NCBI GenBank assembly: GCA_038150265.1
Contig: JAYOTF010000002.1
Span: forward strand, 143,252-168,645
Source: Deltaproteobacteria bacterium
GTDB lineage: Bacteria > SAR324 > NAC60-12
Length of the DNA: 25,394 nt
Direction: 5' to 3'
Shown here: in pieces, positions 1 through 7,419 of the stretch
Position numbering within the stretch: position 1 is the first letter of the stretch
How the letters are laid out: each line of letters begins with the position of its first letter
Notes under the pieces: generated by a model
What the model was told of the DNA's origin: nothing
What the model saw: only the letters and a program-made list of their open reading frames with translations
Databases searched by the model: none
Program-made: the position numbers and the translations under genes

Positions 1-88
1 CATTCTGCCAGCCAGTTGTTTCAGGTGATGGCCCTGAGCAGGATCTTCGAAGAGGAGTGGAGCCGAGGCTTTAGGTTCGGGGCACGCG

Positions 89-97
89 TGCTATAGT
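89..97 (+). promoter_or_regulatory. Possible sigma70 extended -10 element (TGcTATAGT) for the 162..746 gene
   Basis: TGn followed by TATAGT at 92-97, about 65 nt upstream of ATG 162; the -35 match is poor. Confidence 0.3.
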
Positions 98-161
98 CAT
101 AAGACGCCACCCGGAGCGTCCCCTTGGGTCCGCGCCGTTCATCCTATTTGCTGAGAGCGTT

Positions 162-746
162 ATGTCAGAGAGTCAATTGCACCCGGAAGTCCAGGCCCGT
201 CTGGACGAAATGAACCCGATCCTGGCCCAAATTGCGTGGGAGATCTTCAAGGGCGATCGAGAGCTGTACTTCAACACCGAACTGGCGGTTTACGAGATTG
301 AGCTGCATGGAATTGAGGAATTTGATGCGGTTTGGGGACCCCGTGACAGTGGCCAGGAGCCGGACAACTCGCTCTTTCTGCTCCTGTTGGAGCTGATGGA
401 TGATGAGATGTATCAGGAGAACAACGAGAAGTCTGCAGACGGACTGCCTTATGTGGAGTACGTCTACAAGCATGAGTTTGAGGAAAAGTTCTTCAAGATC
501 CTCGAAGATTTTGCCACCGAGCGGCTGAAGTGGCAGGTGGCCGAGGCAGCCGAAGAGCCTGTCAACCTGTTGCTGCTGGACTCCGCTCTGGAGGTCGAGC
601 ACGCCTACCGAGACTGGACCTTCAAGACGGTTCTGGCGGAGTTTGCCACACAGGAGCGCATCATGATTCAGCCAGAATCCAGTGCACCTGCGGATTGGGC
701 GCAGGGCCCGGGCTTCTCTTATACGGTTGCAGAGGTGCAGGACTGA
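162..746 (+). CDS. Hypothetical strongly acidic cytoplasmic protein (194 aa)
   Basis: ATG start after GAGAG, natural-looking protein composition, very E/D-rich, no recognisable motif. Confidence 0.75.
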   Translation: MSESQLHPEVQARLDEMNPILAQIAWEIFKGDRELYFNTELAVYEIELHGIEEFDAVWGPRDSGQEPDNSLFLLLLELMDDEMYQENNEKSADGLPYVEYVYKHEFEEKFFKILEDFATERLKWQVAEAAEEPVNLLLLDSALEVEHAYRDWTFKTVLAEFATQERIMIQPESSAPADWAQGPGFSYTVAEVQD

Positions 747-903
747 CCTTCAGAAAGCAGCCCGCCCGGATCACTTTTGTAGCTTTCCATTCTCCTGAGG
801 CAGGGATATGCTGAAGGTCCGATTCGAACTCCATCATTCCACACAGCACCTCTGTCTCCTGCGGCGTGTCAGGCTCCCGGAGGTCCATGATTCCTCCGAG
901 CCC

Positions 904-1554
904 ATGGGTACCAAGGAACGCAAGGCGCGACTGTTTCAGGCAAGAGAGCGCGAAATTCTAGAGGTCGCCCGCGAGCTGTTTCTCGAGCACGAGTTTCACC
1001 TGGTCTCCGTGGATCGGATTGCTGAGCGGGTGGAGGTGAGCAAGGGGACGATCTACAATCACTTTGCCAGCAAGGAAGAGATCTTTGCGCAGTTGATGGT
1101 GGAGTGGCGAGAGCAGATGATTGCGCAGGTCCGGAAGGTGCCTCAGGCGCCACCGTACCTGGAGGCGCTGCGCCAGAGCATGCGGGTGATGATTCACTTC
1201 AATCTGGAAAACCCGCAGGCTTATCAACGGTTTCGGCTATTTGAGGACTATGGCGCAACACACGCGGTCAGCCCCTCCCTGCGCGAAAAACTGGCACAGC
1301 AGGAGCAGGTGATGCACCAGGGCATCACCCGGTTGCTTCAGGGCTGCATGGAGGAAGGCTCGCTCCCCAACCAGAACACGGATTCCATGTATGTCTTGGG
1401 AAAGAGCCTGATTGTGGGGATCTCGGAGTTGCTGATTCACGACCGCTTCAGCATTTCGGCGCTGCAGGATGTCGACGAGTTCATCGACTTTGCGCTCGAG
1501 CACCTCCTCGGTTGCCCGCTCAGTCGGACGCCTTCCGGATCAGCGCCTGCCTGA
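904..1554 (+). CDS. TetR/AcrR family transcriptional regulator
   Basis: N-terminal HTH 'ILEVARELFLEHEFHLVSVDRIAERVEVSKGTIYNHFASKEEIF'; start moved from 808 to ATG 904 (MGTKERKAR) to fit typical TetR length. Confidence 0.92.
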   Translation: MGTKERKARLFQAREREILEVARELFLEHEFHLVSVDRIAERVEVSKGTIYNHFASKEEIFAQLMVEWREQMIAQVRKVPQAPPYLEALRQSMRVMIHFNLENPQAYQRFRLFEDYGATHAVSPSLREKLAQQEQVMHQGITRLLQGCMEEGSLPNQNTDSMYVLGKSLIVGISELLIHDRFSISALQDVDEFIDFALEHLLGCPLSRTPSGSAPA

Positions 1555-1574
1555 GCCCTGGGGCTCCGGACCCT

Positions 1575-1862
1575 TCAGCACTCGTAATCGACGACGACAG
1601 AGCCTGAGGTCAACTCCCGGATGGTCTGAATGACGGGAAGGTGGTTGGGGTGGGTCGCATAGACTTCCAGCCCGGCCGCGTCGTCAAATACGGTGGTGAT
1701 GACGAGGTCATAGGACCGGTCGGAGTGCTTGAAGTCGAGCCCGATTTCAATGGAGCGCAGGGTCTCGATGTTGCCCTCGAGGGTTTTCAGGGAGGCCACC
1801 GCCCGGTCGAGGTTTTCCGGGGTACGCTCCTTGAGTTTGAACATGACGATGTGCTTGACCAT
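1575..1862 (-). CDS. Dabb family (stress-responsive A/B barrel) protein
   Basis: 95 aa; 'MVKHIVMFKLK...YDLVITTVFDDAAGLEVYATHPNH...VVVDYE' is the typical Dabb pattern. Confidence 0.9.
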   Translation of the reverse strand: MVKHIVMFKLKERTPENLDRAVASLKTLEGNIETLRSIEIGLDFKHSDRSYDLVITTVFDDAAGLEVYATHPNHLPVIQTIRELTSGSVVVDYEC

Positions 1863-1883
1863 AACGGCTGAAGGGAAAAAGGG

Positions 1884-3116
1884 TTAGGCGGCAATGAGCC
1901 GGTGATAGCGTTTCTTTCCGGCACGCAGCAAAATGGCTCCGTCTTGCAGGTCGGCTTCAGTGAGCTGCGCATCGGGCTGGGTCGCGGCAACGGTGTTGAC
2001 GTAGAGGCCTCCTTGCTGGAGCATCCGACGGGCCTCGCCGTTGGACTTGCAGAGTCCCACCATCCGGAAGGCGTCCAGGAGGCCGATGCCTTCCTGGAGT
2101 TGGGTCCGGGGAAGTTCGGTGGAGGGCACCTCCTCGAGGTTGCCGCCGCCACCAAAGAGGGCCGCCGCCGCGGCTTCAGCCCGCTCGGCCTCTTCGACAC
2201 CATGCAGAATGGAGGTCGTCTCAAACGCCAGGCGCTTCTTGGCTTCGCGGATCTCAGCGCCTTCCAGCTGTCCGAGCTTCCGGACCTCCTCCATGGGCAG
2301 AAAGGTGAAGAGGCCCAGGAATTTTTCCACATCCCCGTCCTCCGTGTTCACCCAGTACTGGTAGTACTCGTAAGGCGAGGTTTTTTCGGCAGAAAGCCAG
2401 ACCGCGCCCTTTTCGGTCTTGCCCATCTTCTTTCCGGAAGCAGTCGTCAGGAGCGGATAGGTCCAGCCGAACGCCGGCTTCTGCTCAACCCGTCGGATCA
2501 GGTCGACTCCGGAGATGATGTTGGCCCACTGGTCGTCGCCTCCCATCTGCAGCACACACCCGTAGCGCCGGTTCAGCTCCAGGAAGTCGTAGGACTGCAG
2601 CAGCTGGTAGTTGAACTCGAGGAACGAGAGCCCATGCTCCAAGCGCGCCTTGTAGGTCTCGTAGGAGAGCATGCGGTTGACGGAGAAGTGCCGGCCGATG
2701 TCGCGCAGGAAGTTGAGGTAGTTGAGGTCCCGGAGCCACTCCGCGTTGTTGAGGAGCAGGGAGTCTTCCGAGAAGTCGAAGAAGCGCTCCATTTGTGGGC
2801 GGATGCCTTCGATGTTGGAGTCGAGTTGCTCAACGGTGAGCATCTTCCGGGTCTCGGTCTTTCCGCTGGGGTCGCCAATCATGGCGGTACCGCCTCCCAT
2901 GAGGGCGATGATGCGGTGTCCGGCGCGTTGCAGGTGGGCCAGGCCCATGAGGGGAATGAGGTGCCCGACGTGCAGAGAGTCAGCCGTTGGGTCGAAGCCA
3001 ATGTAGGCACACAGGCGCTCCTGAGCCGCCTGCTGCAGCTCTTCCGGATGCGTGGTTTGCTGAAAGAAGCCGCGTTCACGGAAGGTGTCAAAAATGGTCA
3101 TAGCGGACGCTGTCAT
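1884..3116 (-). CDS. tyrS: Tyrosine--tRNA ligase
   Basis: YIGFDPTADSLHVGH (HIGH motif), QMGGDDQW, KMGKT (KMSKS motif), C-terminal S4 domain ending LRAGKKRY; start is ATG 3116 or 3101. Confidence 0.98.
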   Translation of the reverse strand: MTASAMTIFDTFRERGFFQQTTHPEELQQAAQERLCAYIGFDPTADSLHVGHLIPLMGLAHLQRAGHRIIALMGGGTAMIGDPSGKTETRKMLTVEQLDSNIEGIRPQMERFFDFSEDSLLLNNAEWLRDLNYLNFLRDIGRHFSVNRMLSYETYKARLEHGLSFLEFNYQLLQSYDFLELNRRYGCVLQMGGDDQWANIISGVDLIRRVEQKPAFGWTYPLLTTASGKKMGKTEKGAVWLSAEKTSPYEYYQYWVNTEDGDVEKFLGLFTFLPMEEVRKLGQLEGAEIREAKKRLAFETTSILHGVEEAERAEAAAAALFGGGGNLEEVPSTELPRTQLQEGIGLLDAFRMVGLCKSNGEARRMLQQGGLYVNTVAATQPDAQLTEADLQDGAILLRAGKKRYHRLIAA

Positions 3117-3133
3117 CGAGAAAAGCAGGTTGG

Positions 3134-3568
3134 TTAAAAAGAGCGTTGGCCGGAGCAGGCCTGGTTGCAGGAAACCTCTCGGTGCCCGCAGGAGGCCACA
3201 AGCAGTTTGCCGTTGAGGCACTCGCAGTAGCCGCTGAGGCGCCGGTCGATGACCTGATCTCCGGGCGCCGTGACCAGGGGGATGTCGGTGAGGGACGATT
3301 CGCAGACCTGCATCTGCTTCCAGACGTCATCGGTCTGGAGCGGGCTTGGAAAGTAACCCGCGTTGTCCCGGAGGACCAGGCGGCAGTTCTGCAGGCACTC
3401 GTTGTAGACCTCGGCACACCGGGGCCCGGTCAGGTTTTCTCCCAGCTGGCCACAGGCCGGATACTGGAACAGCGGATTTCGGCGGACACAGGTCTCCACG
3501 CACCCATCGGGTTCCTGGGCCAGAACATTGGTTGCCAGCAGCAGCAAGATTCCCCACAGCAGTGCCAC
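3134..3568 (-). CDS. Secreted cysteine-rich hypothetical protein (about 144 aa, 12 Cys)
   Basis: GTG at 3568 with AAGGGG RBS just after the recR stop; signal peptide 'MALLWGILLLLATNVLA|QE'; fills the recR-tyrS gap. Confidence 0.75.
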   Translation of the reverse strand: MALLWGILLLLATNVLAQEPDGCVETCVRRNPLFQYPACGQLGENLTGPRCAEVYNECLQNCRLVLRDNAGYFPSPLQTDDVWKQMQVCESSLTDIPLVTAPGDQVIDRRLSGYCECLNGKLLVASCGHREVSCNQACSGQRSF

Positions 3569-3581
3569 GTGATCCCCTTGT

Positions 3582-4178
3582 TTAGAATGATTGACGGCCG
3601 GAAAACGCTTCCATGAGGGTGACGTCATCCACATAGTCGAGGTCGCTTCCAGAAGGAAGTCCCCGGGCCAGGCGGGTGATGCGGTCCACCTTCCCGGAAA
3701 ACTCATGCTGCAGGTACAGCGCGGTTGCCTCGCCGGCCACGGTCGGGTTGGTCGCCAGGATCAGCTCCTGAACCTCGCCCCCGGCAATGCGCTTGCGGAG
3801 TGCCGCAATCTTCAGCTGTTCCGGACCAATGCCTTCCAGCGGAGAGATGGCGCCCATCAGCACGTGGTAGAGCCCCTGGTAGACGCCGCTTTTTTCGAGC
3901 GGAAAGAGGTTGTGGGGCTGCTCGACGATGCACAGCACCCGCTGATCCCGTCGGGGGTTCAGGCAGATGGTGCACAGCTCCTCCTCCGTGAAGGCGCCAC
4001 ACTGGCGGCAGGGCCGGACCCGCTCCTTGACCTCCCGGATGGCTTCGGCGAAGCGCTGGGCCTCTTCTGGGGAGTACCGGAGGACTCCCATGGCCAGACG
4101 CTGAGCGGTTTTGCGACCAATGCCGGGGAGTCGGGAAAATTCGACGACCAGCCGCTCCAGAGGTGCAGGGAGGTTCAT
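3582..4178 (-). CDS. recR: Recombination mediator RecR
   Basis: HhH 'LPGIGRKTAQRLA', C4 zinc finger 'CRQCGAFTEEELCTIC', Toprim 'ELILATNPTVAGEATA', 'RLARGLPSGSDLDYVD'; 198 aa from ATG 4178. Confidence 0.98.
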   Translation of the reverse strand: MNLPAPLERLVVEFSRLPGIGRKTAQRLAMGVLRYSPEEAQRFAEAIREVKERVRPCRQCGAFTEEELCTICLNPRRDQRVLCIVEQPHNLFPLEKSGVYQGLYHVLMGAISPLEGIGPEQLKIAALRKRIAGGEVQELILATNPTVAGEATALYLQHEFSGKVDRITRLARGLPSGSDLDYVDDVTLMEAFSGRQSF

Positions 4179-4699
4179 GCGGGCTCGTTGCTTCCACCAA
4201 AATGCAGCTGCGGCTGGCGCGCCTCGGTGATCTTCAGGCCCGGGGGCTGGATGACGTTGAAGCGAATTCCGGCTTCTTCCGGCTGCCACGTCTCGGGGTA
4301 CGGATCGATGTCGCGTCCAGCCATGAGGGTCAGGCGCCGTTGGAATTCCTCTTCGGCACGCTTCAGGTTCTCCAGGTTGTCGCGTGCCGAGCGCAGCAGG
4401 CGCCCCAGTAGCTTCGACGCCGTTCCGGAGTCAAACACTTCCTGCAGGAGCAACAGGTTGCGCTGGGAGATGGTGTACTCGGCCCGGATGTCAATGGGGA
4501 CCTCGGCTTCTTCCACGAGGGTGCCACACTTGTGGTAGCGCCCCTCCGGCATCTGCACCTCCGTGTATTCCAGGGTGTTGCATTGGGGGCAATACAGCCA
4601 GATCAGCCACCCCGGAAGGGGGGCATGGGCGGCCTCCTGTTCGCGCTTGGCCCGCCAATCTGCCAGACTGATGACTTTTGCCGATTTTTCTTCACTCAT
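4175..4699 (-). CDS. Hypothetical protein with putative Zn-ribbon (CPQC...HKC)
   Basis: ATG 4699 (MSEEKSAKVISLADWR); stop overlaps the recR start (ATGA); CxxC plus HxC motifs. Confidence 0.75.
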   Translation of the reverse strand: MSEEKSAKVISLADWRAKREQEAAHAPLPGWLIWLYCPQCNTLEYTEVQMPEGRYHKCGTLVEEAEVPIDIRAEYTISQRNLLLLQEVFDSGTASKLLGRLLRSARDNLENLKRAEEEFQRRLTLMAGRDIDPYPETWQPEEAGIRFNVIQPPGLKITEARQPQLHFGGSNEPA

Positions 4700-4914
4700 T
4701 CCGTTTGCTCTCATTTTTGTGCAACGGCTCATTTAGCCGGAATCTCGCGGAAAGTACAAGCTACTGAAAACGCATTGCGAATGTCGTGCTTGAGCCCAGA
4801 CGCCATCCGCCTTATGATGAGGACCTCCGGAAGGAAACCCCGGAGGCAACCCAACGAACCGGCACCGACTCCCCCGCCCTGGTGCTGGAACGGCCATCAA
4901 GAAAGGCTTGGAAC

Positions 4915-5127
4915 ATGGAAGCAACCACACACCTCCAGGTGGAGGGCATGAAGTGTGAGGGATGTGTCAGTGCCGTCAAAGAGGCGCTGACGGCAGTGGC
5001 AGGCGTCACCTCGGTGGAGGTGCTGCTTGAAGAGAAGGTCGCTCATGTTGGCGGAACCGCCTCGACGGAAGCGCTCACAGAAGCCGTGGGCCGCGCCGGC
5101 TTTGCGGCCAACGTGACGCCAGCGTAA
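4915..5127 (+). CDS. Heavy-metal-associated (HMA) domain protein, CopZ-like chaperone
   Basis: 70 aa from ATG 4915 with the GMKCEGC (GMxCxxC) metal-binding loop. Confidence 0.9.
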   Translation: MEATTHLQVEGMKCEGCVSAVKEALTAVAGVTSVEVLLEEKVAHVGGTASTEALTEAVGRAGFAANVTPA

Positions 5128-5137
5128 CGGAGAGGCT

Positions 5138-5521
5138 GTGATCAAGTGGGCGTTGGCGCTGGCCCTGTTTGTGGTGCCGGTGCTGGAGATCCTCGTGCTC
5201 GGTGCCGCCAGCATGGCCTCCAATTTCCTGACGGTGATCCTGCTCTGTGCCACCACTGCCGGAGCCGGGTGGTGGCTGATGCGAGCAGAGGACTACACCC
5301 TCATGACCCTGATCGTTCAGGAGCTGAAGAACGACCGCCTGCCCACTGAAGAACTGCTGGACGCCACCTTGATCTGGGGAAGCGGCGTCCTCCTCCTGGT
5401 CCCAGGCATTCTGACAGATGCCTGTGGCTTTGCGCTGGTCCTCCCGCTGGTCCGGGAAAGCGCCGTGACCTCGATCCGCGAGGCGATGAAGCAATCCATT
5501 AACGTTTCTCCCCACACCTAA
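5138..5521 (+). CDS. fxsA: FxsA family membrane protein
   Basis: GTG start with GGAGG RBS; 'VPVLEI', 'GVLLLVPGILTDACGFALVLP' FxsA signature. Confidence 0.88.
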   Translation: MIKWALALALFVVPVLEILVLGAASMASNFLTVILLCATTAGAGWWLMRAEDYTLMTLIVQELKNDRLPTEELLDATLIWGSGVLLLVPGILTDACGFALVLPLVRESAVTSIREAMKQSINVSPHT

Positions 5522-5523
5522 GC

Positions 5524-6150
5524 ATGTTTACAGGAATTGTTCAGGGGACCCGCCCCGTCACCCAGGTGCTTCCACGCGAAGGCACCGTGCGCCTCCGGGT
5601 GCAGTTGGCAGACCTGGCCGCTGATCTGCAGCGTGGCGCCAGTGTGGCCCTCAACGGAACCTGCCTGACCGCGGTGACCATTGAAAACGGCGAGGCGGAA
5701 TTTGATGTCATTCAGGAGTCCCTCAACCGGACCAACCTCAAGGATCTCAAGGAAGGGGATCGTGTGAACATCGAACGCGCGGCTCGCTTTGGAGACGAAA
5801 TTGGCGGGCATCAGGTCAATGGGCACGTCGATGACACCGGCACCCTTGCCCGCATCGAACGCACTCCCAACAACTGCGTGGTGACAGTGGCCCATGCGCC
5901 GGAGTGGTCCCGCTTTGTGGTCTCCAAGGGCTGGATCGCGATTGATGGCATCAGCCTGACGGTGGTTGACGTGAGCCCCGGCTCCTTCTCGGTCAGCCTC
6001 ATTCCGGAGACGCTGGAGCAGACGCTCATGGGCACCCGGAGGGAAGGAGCGCTCGTGAACCTGGAGTTTGACCACCTGGCCAAGTTGGTGTATCAGACCA
6101 CTGAGGCCTTCCTCGAACGTTGGAAATCCGAACAAGCGGGGCCCTCATGA
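5524..6150 (+). CDS. ribC: Riboflavin synthase (alpha-chain type; RibC in E. coli nomenclature)
   Basis: MFTGIV N-terminus, NGTCLT, VNIERA, GGHQVNGHVD, KGWIAIDGISLTV, LIPETL, VNLEFD. Confidence 0.96.
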   Translation: MFTGIVQGTRPVTQVLPREGTVRLRVQLADLAADLQRGASVALNGTCLTAVTIENGEAEFDVIQESLNRTNLKDLKEGDRVNIERAARFGDEIGGHQVNGHVDDTGTLARIERTPNNCVVTVAHAPEWSRFVVSKGWIAIDGISLTVVDVSPGSFSVSLIPETLEQTLMGTRREGALVNLEFDHLAKLVYQTTEAFLERWKSEQAGPS

Positions 6151-7352
6151 AGCGCGGGAACCTTTGGGGCCTGGTGGCGGTCCTCGCCTTGGTCAGTGCC
6201 TGTAGCCTGACCCCGAAAACGGGCCTGCAGTCGCTGTCTCCGGAACAGGCTGCGCAGGTGGCCTTTACCGATGATGATGCCTTCAACGGCATGGCAGCTG
6301 CCGCAACCCGCTCCCTTGAGTACTACCAGCGGCTTCCGGATTCTCGCCAGTTTTCCTATGGCGACCAGACCTACTCGGCGCGTGAGATGGAGGCCTCCAC
6401 CCAGCACTTCCTGGACCTGCTGGCCGCTTACGAAGGTGCCGAACTGGAGGCACAGCTGCAACGCGATTTCTGGTTCTTTGAGAGCCGTAACGAAGACGGC
6501 CAGGCCTTCTTCACCGGGTACTACGAGCCGGTCCTGCGCGGAAGTGTGACCCAAACGGCTGCGTTTGCGGCGCCGCTTTATGCCAAGCCGGAAGACCTGG
6601 TGGAAGCCGACCTGGGGGCCTTTGCCGACGACCTCAAGGGGCGGACGCTGCGTGGGAAGCTTCAGGGCAACCGACTGGTGCCGTATGACAACCGTGAGGC
6701 CATCGTCTATCAGGGCTCGCTGGACAACCGGGCTGAGCCCCTGGCCTTTCTGGAGAATGACATTGAGGTGTTCTTTCTGCAGATTCAGGGCTCCGGACTC
6801 GTGCAACTCGACAACGGAACCCTGCTGCGCCTCAACTATGCCGGCCAGAACGGCCACGCTTACTTTGCCATCGGACGCCTGCTGCTCGACCAGATTCCGC
6901 GTGAGCAGATGTCCCTGCAGTCCATCAAGGAGTACCTCTACGCGCATCCGGATGAGGTTCAGGAAATCCTGACGGCCAACCCGAGCTACACCTTCTTCCG
7001 GCCGGTTCCGGAAGGGCCGCTGGGCAACATTGAGGTGCCGCTCACGCCTGGGCGGTCCCTGGCAGCCGACCGTCGGCTGTTGCCCAAAGGCAGCCTGGCC
7101 TGGTTTGAAACGACGTATCCACCTGAGGCCTTCCCGGAAGAAGCAGGCGTCCGCCCGCTCCGGCGCTTTGGCGTCATTCAAGACACCGGAGGCGCCATCA
7201 AGGGGCATGGCCGTGCCGACGTGTTCTGGGGCAATGGCCCGACGGCGGAACGCCTTGCTGGTCCGATGAAGCAGACCGGACGGCTGTTTCTGCTGGTTGC
7301 CAAAAAAGAGGTGCTTCCCCAGACGCGACCTGCCGTTTCCCAGCACCCCTGA
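6147..7352 (+). CDS. mltA: Membrane-bound lytic murein transglycosylase A (lipoprotein)
   Basis: Lipobox LVSAC; FTGYYEP, FFLQIQGSG, YAGQNGH, NPSYTFF, QDTGGAIKGHGRADVFWGNG; ATGA overlap with the upstream gene. Confidence 0.95.
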   Translation: MKRGNLWGLVAVLALVSACSLTPKTGLQSLSPEQAAQVAFTDDDAFNGMAAAATRSLEYYQRLPDSRQFSYGDQTYSAREMEASTQHFLDLLAAYEGAELEAQLQRDFWFFESRNEDGQAFFTGYYEPVLRGSVTQTAAFAAPLYAKPEDLVEADLGAFADDLKGRTLRGKLQGNRLVPYDNREAIVYQGSLDNRAEPLAFLENDIEVFFLQIQGSGLVQLDNGTLLRLNYAGQNGHAYFAIGRLLLDQIPREQMSLQSIKEYLYAHPDEVQEILTANPSYTFFRPVPEGPLGNIEVPLTPGRSLAADRRLLPKGSLAWFETTYPPEAFPEEAGVRPLRRFGVIQDTGGAIKGHGRADVFWGNGPTAERLAGPMKQTGRLFLLVAKKEVLPQTRPAVSQHP

Positions 7353-7419
7353 CTGACCCTGCTCGCACCTCCCGCCAGCAACGGTTTCCCGCCGCATTCA
7401 TCTCCTTCCGAGGCACGTC

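Noticed and set aside
4700..4914. Copper-regulator operator upstream of the CopZ-like gene (short palindrome CGCATTGCG near 4771)
   Set aside because: Does not match CueR or CsoR operator patterns and is too short to be significant
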